64,000 nt of DNA from Octopus vulgaris. Lineage: Eukaryota. Made by a program: the position numbers and the translations under genes. Where the stretch lies: NCBI GenBank assembly GCA_951406725.2, contig OX597821.1:46004001-46068000 (forward strand), given 5' to 3'. A model generated the notes under the pieces. It searched no databases and was not told where the DNA came from. It saw only the letters and a list, made by a program, of their open reading frames with translations. Positions 13,690 to 26,469 of the stretch are shown here, piece by piece. Numbering within the stretch: the stretch's first letter is position 1; every line of letters starts with the position of its first letter.

Positions 13690-14607
13690 AAATAGCATTC
13701 TTGGCAGTCACAGTCCAAGTGTCTTCGTTGCCCTCTTATTGTGCTAATTCCATCCGTTCCTAGCTTTGCAAACAAGAAGAGAATAAATCACCTATTTTAT
13801 ATGGATGACCTCCAGCTGTATACAAAAATATGAGATAGACCTAGACTCATTGATCTAAACAGTGAGAGTATTCAGTGAAGATACTGGAATGTAGTTTGGG
13901 GTAAATAATTGCGCGATACAAATTATGAAGAGAGGCCGTAAGGTAAACTCTGATACTATAAAATTACCCCCAAGACAACATCATTAGATCGCTGTGGAAT
14001 AATGACAGGTACAAATATATACGGGTGTTGCAAAACGATATAACAGAAGGAGAAATAGGAGAGAAATTCCAACAAGGGGAGAATTAGGAAGGCGCACAAA
14101 ACAAAATTAAATGACGGGAACATCATTGAAGCCATAATTGCATGGATTATGCCAGTACTGAGATAATCTGCTCCCTTTCTGAAATGGACAAAAGTCGAGC
14201 TGCCGAACTTGGACGGAAGAACTAGAAAACTTTTCACAATTCACAATGCACTCTCCACCCTAAAAGCATTACCAATCAACTCTACATACGTAGAAAGGAA
14301 GGTGGCAGAGGATTACTGAACGCACACGACACTGTTAATACTGCGATACAGGGTTTGAAAAATTATGTTGTGCAATGTAAAGAGAGAATACTATCGACAG
14401 TCAGTGATATCCAAAAAGTGACCCAAACAGTAGGAGAATTCAAAGAGAAAAGGAAGAAAAATAGTGCAAACAGATAGAAAGAAATGGAGCTACACGGTCA
14501 ATGCATGCAACAAACCGAGAATATCGAAATTTAAGTAAGCTGGCTCTGGTTGATGGATGGACTTGAAACGAAAGACAGAAACTAATTATAGCTGCTCAGG
14601 AACAGGC
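13690..14607 (+). mobile_element. R4/Dong-like non-LTR retrotransposon RT fragment (degenerate)
   Basis: INHLFYMDDLQLY, KLNDGNIIEAII, YIRRKEGGRGLLN, ELHGQ, IIAAQEQA, with stops and frameshifts. Confidence 0.8.
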
Positions 14608-14818
14608 ATGTACATTATTTACATTATATACATTTGATGGATATTTATCCTCATCTTGTTTGTTGTTAACACAAGGTTTCGGCTGATATACCCTCCAGCC
14701 TTCATCAGGTGTCTTGGGAAAATTTCAAATCTGAGTTCTCATTCCACGGGCATATGGCTTAGAGGTTAAGAGCGTGGGCTACTAACCTAAAGATTCCGTG
14801 TTCGATTCCCGGCAGTGA

Positions 14819-14899
<81 letters not shown>

Positions 14900-14968
14900 C
14901 ATCGAAAAATACCTTAGGAACGAGAACCCAGGTTCGAAATTTCCCCAAGACACCTGATGAAGGCTGGA
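14608..14968. mobile_element. tRNA-headed, HHR-bearing element with inverted terminal duplication
   Basis: Inverted repeat 14694-14745 / 14917-14968. tRNA-like head at about 14748-14818 (TGGCTTAGAGGTTAAGAGCG...GTTCGATTCCC), followed by a (TAA)n linker. HHR on the minus strand at 14668-14713. Confidence 0.7.
14668..14713 (-). ncRNA. hammerhead ribozyme motif (one stem III substitution)
   Basis: gacac-CUGAUGA-a-ggcug/cagcc-GAAAC-cUU|guguu. One base away from the AACGUU palindromic stem III seen at 22589 and 58392. Confidence 0.6.
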
Positions 14969-15570
14969 CATTGTCTGGTCTGTTAACATGTATTTGCCTG
15001 TCTGTATACATCCCATAATCCCATAGGATGGTAACATTCTCTCTGTCAGTGACTGGCTCTTGATGGTGTTCACACCATTTCTTAGAGCAAGGGATATTAT
15101 CCAGTGCAAGTATTGGCCAACTCGATCAGGCCTGCTTTTATATTCTGTAGGGACAAGGACTGAGCAACCGGCAACAAGGAGGTCAATCAATACTCTCAAG
15201 TTTGTTATTGCAGTCTACACTTTGTATCTACCTCTTTGTGACATTAGCTTGACAGTTCCAGGAGAGGGGACTGGTTTTGTGCTGCTAGGATGAATCCTGT
15301 TATAGCTTTCAAACCAACTCTCAGCAGCCACTGATGGATTCTTCTTACATTTAAATCAGCTTTCCCAGCTCGTTCGGAGTATTTGCCAATGGAATGGCTT
15401 TTCTTTCCACAGTCTTGATATTTCCTTCAAACTTTCCTGTTTGGCTTTTTGTTTTACACATTTTTGCTGCCTTCATAAATGGTATGTCCTCTTTATCATC
15501 ATGATAATCAAAGAGGTTCAGCTCTCGTCTGTATTTATATGCCACCTTTGAGACTGATTGCGGTTTTATT
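14969..15570 (-). mobile_element. R4/Dong-like fragment (zinc-knuckle/RLE region)
   Basis: LVAGCSVLVPTEYKSRPDRVGQYLHW and WDYGMYTDRQIHVNRPD motifs; degenerate. Confidence 0.75.
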
Positions 15571-15572
15571 CT

Positions 15573-15991
15573 TATTATTGAGTGAGAGAATAGCGCATGA
15601 CCTTGCAGGTGGGGCTCAGTTGGAATTTCCTTCAGGCTGAGTAGCCCATCCCGCTCAAATGGTCCTTGAATAAGCGTTGTTTAAAGATGTTGAACGAGAC
15701 ACCTATGTTTCCAGAGGTGAATTATTCAAACTCCAGAGAATACCTCTCAATACAAGGTTATGATGCTCCCCCACTACTTCTGCTCGTGATCAGAGATGCA
15801 TATATCGTCAACCACTAAAGTACATGCTCAACTGGTTAAGGTCAAACAACTGACAAGCAAATCTTTGGCATTGAGCAGAATATTTGCTGTAGTCCATCTT
15901 TTATATCAAGACAAAAATAATGTACATGATAACACTTCCAATCAGATAAGATCAGAAGCCATGAGAGCCACTGACTGGTACTGCATCAGGT
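15573..15991 (-). mobile_element. (TAA)n-embedded non-coding repeat, internally deleted copy
   Basis: Homologous to 25122-25680; flanked by ATT repeats. Confidence 0.8.
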
Positions 15992-15996
15992 TAAAT

Positions 15997-16299
<303 letters not shown>

Positions 16300-16890
16300 A
16301 ATCATTAGCACGCCGCATAAACGCTTACGGCATTTCGTCAAGTTTCCACGTTCTGAATTCAATTCCATCCAAGGTCGATTTTTGCCTTTCATTCTTTCGG
16401 GGATTGGATGTAATCAATCAACTTCCCCACCCCTCAAAATTGCTGGCCTTGTGCCAGAATAAGAAAAGATTATCATTATTATTTATAGTCGGATAAAAAA
16501 TTATAGTAATACAAACAAATAAAATACGTCACTCAGAAATATCATGGCTTTTATACTTCCTGGATCAGTAATTATTTAATTATGCCGTTCGATGCATCAA
16601 TTTATGTTAACACTAATTTAAATAAATAATTAACTTAAGCATCAATCAAGTAAATAATGGAGTGTTTAATCGACTTCAACAGCCTCCTCCTCCTCCTCCT
16701 CCCATTGCATTCCTCAATTTGTACCGCCTGCTTATTAACTAACAAACCACCCACACAATATCCCAAGTTTCGCGCCGGTTGCCTTATAGGAGATAATAAA
16801 TAACAATAATTCCTTTAAATATTTTTTATCTGTGCTGTTTGTTGCCCTAAACAAATACAGTAATCATTAGTTTTTATTATTACGACTGAC

Positions 16891-17048
<158 letters not shown>

Positions 17049-17244
17049 CATCCCACAACCTCCGACCTCACACACCAATTTTTTTTTTTTATCTGCAAAC
17101 AACGAGCAAGCAGCAACAACACCACACCCTGACCGACATTGTCAATGCGGCTATTTGTCACCATCAATCAAACCTAGCAAATCTCATAAAATTGCCTCAA
17201 AACCGATTAAGACCAAACGACCTGGTGTCGCTGTCTATTCAAAA

Positions 17245-17340
17245 ACTCACTTCCTCGCCGCCATCTTCTTCAAATACAAAGTTACATGAGGTTTTATCTT
17301 TATCACCTTAATAATGTACTGGCTTCATTTCCGCCTCTTA
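17245..17340 (-). promoter_or_regulatory. probable gene 5' end: YY1-type AAGATGGCGGC start context plus splice donor
   Basis: Minus strand reads GAAGAAGATGGCGGCGAGGAA|GTGAGT, with ATG at 17264-17262 and donor at 17250-17245. An ETS-like GGCGGAAATG lies about 70 bp upstream. The sequence is non-repetitive. Confidence 0.5.
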
Positions 17341-17737
17341 TATTTTTTATCTTTTTATTTCTTAGTTTACTTCTCTTTATTTTTGTCGAGGGCTTTGCTT
17401 TTCGCTCTGTTTACTTATTATTTTTTTTTAATACTCTCAACACAGAAAGAAGAAAGAGAGCAGCTTTCACATGAACGACTCTACATTTGTGTATGTATGT
17501 GTGTCTGAATACACGTGTATATGTATGCATAATACATAATGTGTGTGTGTGTGTGTATATATACATATATATATATATGTGTATATAGATCTATATATAT
17601 ATATCTGTGTATATAGATCTGTGCATATAGATCTATCAACACACACACACATATATATACAACATATATACATATCTGTATATTTATGTGTGTATATCTA
17701 TCAATACACACACACACACGCAAACACATACGCACTC

Positions 17738-17790
<53 letters not shown>

Positions 17791-17830
17791 GTACACATAT
17801 ATATTATGTATATAATATATATGCACATGT

Positions 17831-18743
17831 ATTATTATTTTATGTTTGACTTTTTGCTTTGCATTTATACAAGTTGGTCTCACCCAGAGACCTCCAGAGA
17901 CAACAAGTTAGAAGTTCATGTTGGTGTTATGCTTAGTGTGCCATATATTTGGTTTTGTACTTAGTATTGTTCTAGAGAATGTTTAAGAAACCATAAGCAA
18001 ATTATAAGCTTGTTTTAAAATTTGAGATTACATAGTATTTTACGTAGGATATGGGCAGTTCCCACGAGCACTATCTTTTGAATTTCTACCATTTTGGAGT
18101 TTCCTGGTATCTGAGCTAGCTAGCAGTCAGCCCCTTTTGCTATCATTCCTAGGGCACCTATGACATTCCACATTTTGCTAATTTCTATTTCAAGATCTTT
18201 ATATTCGCTCAGTTTTTGGTAGGTCTTGATAGATACGTTTATATCGATTGGGACAGTCATATCAATGAGGAGGCATGATTTTTGTTTGAAGTCTTTCAAT
18301 ATGATGTCTGGCCTATTTGCCTCTATCTTTCTGTCAGTTTGAATGGTGAAGTTCCAGAGGAGTGAAATGTGACCATTTTCAAGCACTAGAGGTCGTTTGT
18401 GTTCCCACCAGTTTTTTTTTATCATGGGGCAAGTCCAGGTTCTTGCAAATTACCCAGTGAATATATTGTGAAGCTCTATCATGCCTGTTGAGATATTCTG
18501 TAGGCGCTAGAAGACTGAACATGGAGACAACATGATCAATGGTTTCATTTTCTTGTTGACATACACATGTTTGGAAGTTATCGTTCTTTAATATGTTGGC
18601 CTGGTAGTTCCTTGTAGGTACGCATTGTTTTAGGGCTGCTATGATAAACCCTTCTGTTACTGATTTTAAGCCAGAAGCCATTAGCCATTGATGGGTAAGG
18701 GCTTTGTTAACATCAGCATTATTCGCTCTCTTTGGGTATTTGC
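17831..18743 (-). mobile_element. 5'-truncated R4/Dong-like retrotransposon (RLE endonuclease and 3' UTR)
   Basis: GLKSVTEGFIIAA, ETIDHVVS, YLNRHDRASQYIHWVIC, TDRKIEANRPDIILKD..LIDMTVP..KLSEYKDL, VIGALG. The 3' end runs into TAA repeats and the 5' junction abuts (TAA)n at 18744-18795. Confidence 0.9.
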
Positions 18744-18797
<54 letters not shown>

Positions 18798-18805
18798 ATA
18801 CATGC

Positions 18806-18897
<92 letters not shown>

Positions 18898-19113
18898 TCT
18901 TACACTGCTTTTTTATTCCTTTAATGGCTGAAACAAACGCATTTAAAGATTTAATCGACCCTACTATTTATTTCAGTCTGCTACTTTACTGACCTTATAA
19001 ATACCCTATTTCTTAAATCCTTAAGTTACAAGATGTAAACATCAACTGTGTTTTTGGAGAGAAAGCAATAGACATATACAGCGACAAATAATACATACAT
19101 ACATACATATGGC

Positions 19114-19254
<141 letters not shown>

Positions 19255-19541
19255 GATATGTAGAAAAATACAAACAGGGACAAGAACGCATAACTCTTAG
19301 AAGACGATACAATAAACACGGACAGGACATTCGAAGCCCTCAGTCTTCAGTCAAGAACCGGATCATCGTAGTAATTTCGGCTGATATATATATATAAATA
19401 TATATATATATATTCTATCACCGTGATCACTGTGACCGACCAGGCTATCAGATGTTGCTACACATCGCTGGTCACAATGCGCTTCGCATTGTTTTAGCCT
19501 TCAAATGACGCCACCCCGCTGGCTAAGCGAGCAGGCCAATG

Positions 19542-19596
<55 letters not shown>

Positions 19597-20445
19597 TCAA
19601 CAAAAAAAGTACTCCGTCTGGTGAGAGATATATATTATGTATTTAAAGGTCACAATACATGTATTTAAGCGCTACTAATAGTTTCATGTGTTGAGAAAAC
19701 ACAAACATATTCTTCAGGCGCAAAGCACATCTCATAACGAACTAAAGAAATTGAATAATAGAAGAAACGCGAAAAAAATTGAGAAGGCAGTATATAGAAA
19801 ACGCAAACAATAAACAACAGAAAACGAAATAAAAAGTAAAAAAAAGTAAAGGAGCTATTTTTCTTAGACTTTAAATGGTGAAACTGGAAAAATATCAAGT
19901 CAGTCAGGAATAGGCGGGATTTTCCAATTCTTCAACATATATTTATATATATGCCTGCAACCACCGAAAATTTCCGTGCTTGAGTTCAATAGAGAGTCAT
20001 GGATCTTAGATCTGAACAGGATCTGCTCTCTTTCAGCCTAACAAAGTCTACATTTATTCGATCCATTCACATAAGGTATGGATTTCTCAATTACTTTCCA
20101 TTTGATCACATGCGGTGTCTCGTTATCTTTCAAAGCCTATACGTAGCTAACCAACTTAGCAGCTTTACTTTTGTCCTTATGCCGGAAGGAGGCTATGTGA
20201 TTGGTATAGAGATTTTTAAGTTCACATAATCCAATATAGGTTTTCTTATCAATTGTATTATTATTTAAGGTTGCAGTAACTTCTGCCTATGTATGATAGG
20301 TATAGTTATACACCCGGAAACCTGGGTCACGACAGTGGCAATTAGATTTAGGCTCTTGGTATTGGCCACGTATAATGATACTCTTCAAATTGGGGCAGTA
20401 GCTATATGATAACTTCCTGTATCCGTGAGTGGCTTAGGAAAATAT
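19597..20445 (-). mobile_element. Penelope-like element 3' relic (copy 2) with GIY-YIG endonuclease remnant
   Basis: KLSYSYCPNLKSII, NCHCRDP, KTYIGLCE, NHIASFRH, KWKVIEKSIPY..KCRLC, LNSSTEIFGGCRH. HHR at 19669-19721. Confidence 0.85.
19669..19721 (-). ncRNA. hammerhead ribozyme motif
   Basis: Same as 6191-6243 except for one mismatch in stem II. Confidence 0.75.
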
Positions 20446-20896
20446 CTAACACTTGGGAGTATGTGAAAAACTGCAAACCTCACCGTGTGAACAACGGTCA
20501 AGTGACCTATTTGAACATAAACTTGGGTGAAAAGTAATGAAGAATATAACAGCCAGAATTAGTGAGAGTGTTATTTCATGGACTTGTGTGAGATACGTTT
20601 TAATTCCCACTTGGATACGCCTTTGCTCCCCAACAGATACCTCCGAACCCTGTGCCACAACAGTATGAAAGTTATCAGCCACATTAACAGCAGCTGTTCC
20701 AAAATATTTGCATTTTGAAATTGTCACTGTTGCTGAAATTACTTACAAAAATGTCCTATGTCACACAAGAAATAGAATGAAACCACACCTTAAAAATAAA
20801 AAAATAAAACATTTGTGGAACCTTCCAAAATATATTTAGTACAAAAGAATAATTGCACTGCTGTTTACTACCCAGTTAATGCGCATATCTTGTCTA

Positions 20897-21282
20897 GTGG
20901 AGGCGCAATGGCCCAGTGGTTAGGGCAGCGGACACGCGGTCATAGGATCGCGGTTTCGATTCCCAGACCGGGTGTTGTGAGTGTTTATTGAGCGAAAACA
21001 CCTAAAAGCTCCACGAGTCTCCGGCAGGGGATGGTGGTGATCCCTGCTGTACTCTTTCACCACAACTTTCTCTCACTCTTACTTCCTATTTCTGTTGTAC
21101 CTGTATTTCAAGGGGCCGGCCTTGTCACTCTCTGTGTCACGCTGAATATCCCCGAGAACTACGTTAAGGGTGCACGTGTCTGTGGAGTGCTCAGCCACTT
21201 ACACGTTAATTTCACGAGCAGACTGTTCCGTTGATTCGGATCAACCGGAACCCTCATCGTCGTAACCGACGGAGTGCTTCCA
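20897..21282 (+). mobile_element. SINE family A1, full length
   Basis: Perfect 13-bp TSD CATATCTTGTCTA at 20884-20896 and 21283-21295. Confidence 0.92.
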
Positions 21283-21655
21283 CATATCTTGTCTAAAACT
21301 GCGGAAACAAAACATTTAATATAAACTAATGCAGAACTTACAGCTCTTGTAGTATAGTTGCAGATGCTCATTTGTACTTTCTATCATAGATACTATGCGG
21401 CTATGTAAAAGAACATTTTTATATTAAAGCGTAGTAAGGCTAGGGTTTTCCGACAAATAGAACTATTACGAGTATAGTGAAGATCTGTAGCACATTTCAA
21501 AGAATCTCCGTTTCAGCTTCCTTGCTTTCATATACTTCACACACACACACACACACCTATATACATCCATGCATATACATACACACACGTCTATGAACAT
21601 ATATATATGTATTTGTCTAAGAATGTATATGAATGTATGTATGTTTGTATGTTCG

Positions 21656-21706
<51 letters not shown>

Positions 21707-21789
21707 CTGTGTTTCTCGATCCTGTACTCCATTTTTTCTCGTTGTTTACGTATTTCGTGTTATTTGCGCCGTTGGTGACGTCCTGTGCC

Positions 21790-21907
<118 letters not shown>

Positions 21908-22070
21908 TGTTTATTATTACTATTTATTATTTATTATATATATATATACCGCTGCCGTAGTCTCCTTTAGAGAGACTTAGAAATAATATTTATATATAAA
22001 TATTATTTCAGCGGTGGTGCCCCAGCATCGCCGTGGCCTTCGGGCTAAAACATTTTAAAGGATTTTAAGG

Positions 22071-22099
<29 letters not shown>

Positions 22100-22103
<4 letters not shown>

Positions 22104-22329
22104 AATCCCTCGCCATATCGCGCATCACCTATCGCGGTTTATGGTTTATTATTTAAGCTTACGTCGATTCCTCCGTGGCGTTGCTTTTTACAATTATAAT
22201 AAAATAAATATATACAAATTTAAAATAATAATAATAATAAAAATATACAGTACAGTACTGTTTCTACTTCGCGGATTTTCATCTATCGCGTGGGGTTTGG
22301 GAATGTAACACCCGCGATAGTGGAGGGAT

Positions 22330-22334
<5 letters not shown>
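22100..22334. mobile_element. pogo/Tigger-like MITE
   Basis: TIRs TAGTAATCCCTC..C.(A)TATCGCG at both ends, set within (TA)n. Confidence 0.75.
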
Positions 22335-22373
<39 letters not shown>

Positions 22374-22507
22374 GTAATTATGTATCCATATGTTTAAATG
22401 TACGCACACTACACACACACAAACACACACACACACGCACACTACACACGCACACACACACATATAACGCGCGCACACACACACACACACGTATATATAT
22501 ATATATA

Positions 22508-22723
22508 GATCGCCATGTTGATTCGTTAGCTACTGCACGCACTTTTTTTTTTTTTTTCTCTCCTTCTGTGTTTTTCTCTCTCTGTGTATCTTTCTGTTGA
22601 AGAGCGTAGGCTCGAAACGTTAAAGACTTGTTTTATTTATATTTCCTGAGCGCCATACTAATACAATTGTTCGTTTGTTTTCCACCTGCCTTCGTCTTTT
22701 GTTTATTTTCATAAAGCTTCCCG

Positions 22724-22725
<2 letters not shown>
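22508..22725 (+). mobile_element. short HHR-bearing repeat (PLE tail/retrozyme-like) in (TA)n
   Basis: Near-identical inverted copy at 58293-58450. HHR-like motif at 22589-22626: ucuuu-CUGUUGA-a-gagc/gcuc-GAAAC-GUU|aaaga. Confidence 0.7.
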
Positions 22726-22757
<32 letters not shown>

Positions 22758-22809
22758 TGCGTGTGTTAACATGCATACATTTAAACATATAGACACATAA
22801 TTACATTTT

Positions 22810-22891
<82 letters not shown>

Positions 22892-23413
22892 GAAGAGAGA
22901 GAGATGTACACTAATATGCAATCATACAAACATACACATAAATGCATACATACATTCACATTATATATACCTGCGGACATATCTACAATATATAAATACA
23001 TGAATTTATACATTCACATACACATACACACATGCACATACACTCATACACACGCACACGCAAATATATACGTGAACGGAGGCACAGTTATATGTATGTG
23101 CGTGTGTGAGTGTGAGTGGAAGAGAGAGAGAGAAAGTGGGGGAAGTAATAAAATGTTATTAATAGCATGACAAGTTTTTTAGCACGAAGAAGAAGAGGCG
23201 GGGGCGGTGTCGCTGACCTTTGCAGACCCTACTCTCCTTCTAGACTGGCAGAGAGTATGTAGACAATGTACAGCTTCAACTTCTAATGCTTATTTGGAAC
23301 CACTGCGAGTCAACATGGGAGTCTTTAAACCGTTGCTCGGTTGCCAGAAATAGGAGCCAAATCCACCTCAGACACCAAAGCGTCTTAATTTACAAAATGA
23401 TATACAAAATTAT

Positions 23414-23761
23414 GTGGAGGCGCAATGGCCCAGTGGTTAGAGCAGCGGACTCGCGGTCATAGGATCGCGGTTCCGATTCCCAGACCGGGCGTTGCGAGTG
23501 TTTATTGAGCGAAAGCACCTAAAGCTCCACGAGGCTCCGGCAGGGGATGGTGGTGATCCCTGCTGTACTCTTTCACCACAACTTTCTCTCACTCTCACTC
23601 TTACTTCCTGTTTCGGTTGTACCTGTATTTCATAGGGCCAGCCTTGTCACTCTCTGTGTCACGCTGAATATCCCCGAGAACTAATTTCACGAGCAAGCTG
23701 TTCCGTTGAATCGGATCAACCGGAAGCCCCGTCGTCGTAACCGACGGAGTGCTTCCATCCC
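23414..23761 (+). mobile_element. SINE family A1 with internal deletion
   Basis: 12-bp TSD ATACAAAATTAT at 23402-23413 and 23762-23773. Confidence 0.9.
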
Positions 23762-23954
23762 ATACAAAATTATAAAATGGTTACGGTTCAGTGCCTTTTA
23801 TCATTCATTGAGCTGCTCGAAGAGAGCGGATATGGAGCTAAACAACAATAAAAAAACAACACTGTAAACAGTAGAAGAGCTCGGGGGATTATTCAGTTTG
23901 GGGTGAGAAATATGAAGCAACGTGTTGAAAGTATGGTTGTAAAAAATAATATAT

Positions 23955-24366
23955 GGGCGCAGGAGTGGCTGTGTGGTAAGTAGCTTACTAACCAACCACA
24001 TGGTTGCGGGTTCAGTCCCACTGCGTGGCATCTTGGGCAAGTGTCTTCTGCTATAGCCCCGGGCCGACCAATGCCTTCTGAGTGGATTTGGTAGACGGAA
24101 ACTGAAAGAAGCCTGTCGTATATATGTATATGTATATATGTGTGTGTGTGTGTGTTTGTGTGTCTGTGTTTGTCCCCCTAGCATTGCTTGACAACCGATG
24201 CTGGTGTGTTTACGTCCCCGTCAATTAGCGGTTCGGCAAAAGAGACCGATAGAATAAATACTGGGCTTACAAAGAATAAGTCCCGGGGTCGATTTGATCG
24301 ACTAAAGGCGGTGCTCCAGCATGGCCGCAGTCAACTGATTGAAACAAGTAAAAGAGAAAAGAGAGA
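23955..24366 (+). mobile_element. SINE family C (CORE-like, internal TA/TG microsatellite)
   Basis: tRNA-like head (GTGGCTGTGTGGTAAG...GGGTTCAGTCCC), CORE-like CTTGGGCAAGT, tail GGCGGTGCTCCAGCATGGCCGCAG...GAAACAAGTAAAAGAG. Multiple copies in the window. Confidence 0.9.
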
Positions 24367-25051
24367 AATATGTATTTTATGATTTCAGTAGTCTCAACTA
24401 GTTCGTCAGTGGAAGACAGCCTGCATCAATAATCTTTCAATAGGGTCCGTGAGACTGGGGCCAAGTGAGAAGAAACCACAATTCACATGGTATTGTCACT
24501 TTGCCGATCTCGAATGAGAGGTTCTCTTTCACAGCTTTTGTGCACCAAATTCACATAAATATCTGAAATTGACTTTAGTTAATTATGTTATGTTGTGGGA
24601 TTGAAACCAGGGACCATATGGTCACGAAGCAAACATCTTACCTACTTGACTATACCTGATGCCTTCTGACATACACAATCATGAACACCTAAGAAGCTAT
24701 ATAACCTTTATGCCTAACAGTTAGTTATAAGCAGTTGTACGTGGGAGAGTTTCAATGAAAGTGGTGGCGAGGTAAAATCAAACTGAAAATTTCCCCAATG
24801 TCATGAATATAAAAAAAAAAAATATTTTGTAGTTTTTTCAACAACTTCGATATGCTTAAATCACCATTCAAATGCAATTAACAAATCAGTAACGTGAAAT
24901 AAGTTTTAAATATGATGAATTGTATTACAATATATTCAACGTACTAATATAAATTTTATATCTATGAACAGAATTTAAGAATCGTTTAAATGTTGTATAA
25001 ATGTTTAATAGTTTAAGAGTTATATATAATATGATATATGTAATAGAGAAT

Positions 25052-25121
<70 letters not shown>

Positions 25122-25124
<3 letters not shown>

Positions 25125-25678
25125 GCCCTGATGCAGTACCAGGCAGTGGCTCTCATGGCTTCTCATCTTAACTGATTGGAAGTGTTATCATGTACATTGT
25201 TTTGTCTTGGTATAAAAGATGGGCTACAGCAAATATTCTGCTCAATACCACAGATTTGCTTGTCAGTTGTTTGACTTTAACCAGTTGAGCATGTCCCTTA
25301 GTGGCTGACGATATGTGCATCTCTGATCACGAGCAGAAGTAGTGGGGGAGCATCATAGCCATGTGTTGAGAGGGATTCTTTGGAGTTTGAATAGTTCACC
25401 TCTGGAAACATGGGTGGCTCTTTCAACATCCTTAAACAACCCTTATTCAGGGACCATTTGAGCGGGATGGGCTACTCAACCTGAAGAAAATTCTAACTGG
25501 GCCCCACCTGCAAGGTCATGTGCTGTTTATCTTGATATGAGATCACCATGTCGCGCACATATGGTTGTGATGCATGTGCCCGGTGTACCTTTATCAGACG
25601 GGTAGTCATGATGGGTATATTGGGCTTCGTATATTTTACCCCAGTGTCACTTTGATGGCATGCTCTGCTCGCTCACTC

Positions 25679-25680
<2 letters not shown>
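25122..25680 (+). mobile_element. (TAA)n-embedded non-coding repeat, long copy
   Basis: About 560 bp flanked on both sides by (TAA)n; homologous to 15573-15991. Confidence 0.8.
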
Positions 25681-25726
<46 letters not shown>

Positions 25727-25728
25727 CG

Positions 25729-26343
25729 TTTCTATTATAGGCACAAGGCCTGAAATTTGAGGGAAGGGGATAGTCGATTTCACTGGTACTGAATTTATCG
25801 ACCCCGAAAGGATGAAAGGCAAAGCCAACCTCTGCAGAATTTGAACTTAGAACGTTGAGGCGGACGAAATACTGCTAAGTATTTCGCCCGGCGTGCTAAC
25901 GATTCTGCCAGCTCGCTGCCTTCGCCGCCATAATAATGACAATAAAAATCCTTTCAACTGGAGGCACAAGGCCTCAGATTTGTGGGAAGGGAGCTAGTCG
26001 ATTACATCACCCCAGTGTTTCACTGATACTTAATTTATCGACCCCGAAAGAGTGAAAGACGAAGTCGATCTCGGCCGAGTTTGAACTCAGAACGTAACAA
26101 AGGGAAAGATACCTATTTCTTTACTACCCACAAGGGGCTAAACACAGAGAGGACAAACAAAGACAGACAAACGGATTAAGTCGATTATATCGACCCCAGT
26201 GCGTAACTGGTACTTAATTTATCGACCCCGAAAGGATGAAAGGCAAAGTCAACCTCGGCGGATTTTGAACTTAGAACGTAACGGCATACGAAATACGGCT
26301 ACGCATTTCGCCCGGCGTGCTAACGTTTCTGCCAGCTCGCCGC
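25729..26343 (-). mobile_element. cluster of three SINE family B or B-related copies
   Basis: Repeated TCGACCCCGAAAGGATGAAAGGCAAAG motif. The youngest copy is at 26114-26343. Confidence 0.85.
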
Positions 26344-26359
26344 GTTAATGATAATAATG

Positions 26360-26432
<73 letters not shown>

Positions 26433-26469
26433 TAATAATAACAACAACAACAACAACAATAATAACAGA

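Noticed and set aside
19325-19385. CTGAAGA..GAA on the minus strand, and CTGACGA at about 38705-38711 (-)
   Set aside because: The cores are incomplete and the stems do not pair adequately, so they were not counted as hammerheads.
20897-20970. tRNA-like sequences at SINE A and C heads
   Set aside because: They continue into conserved SINE bodies with TSDs and lack a complete cloverleaf, so they are not tRNA genes.
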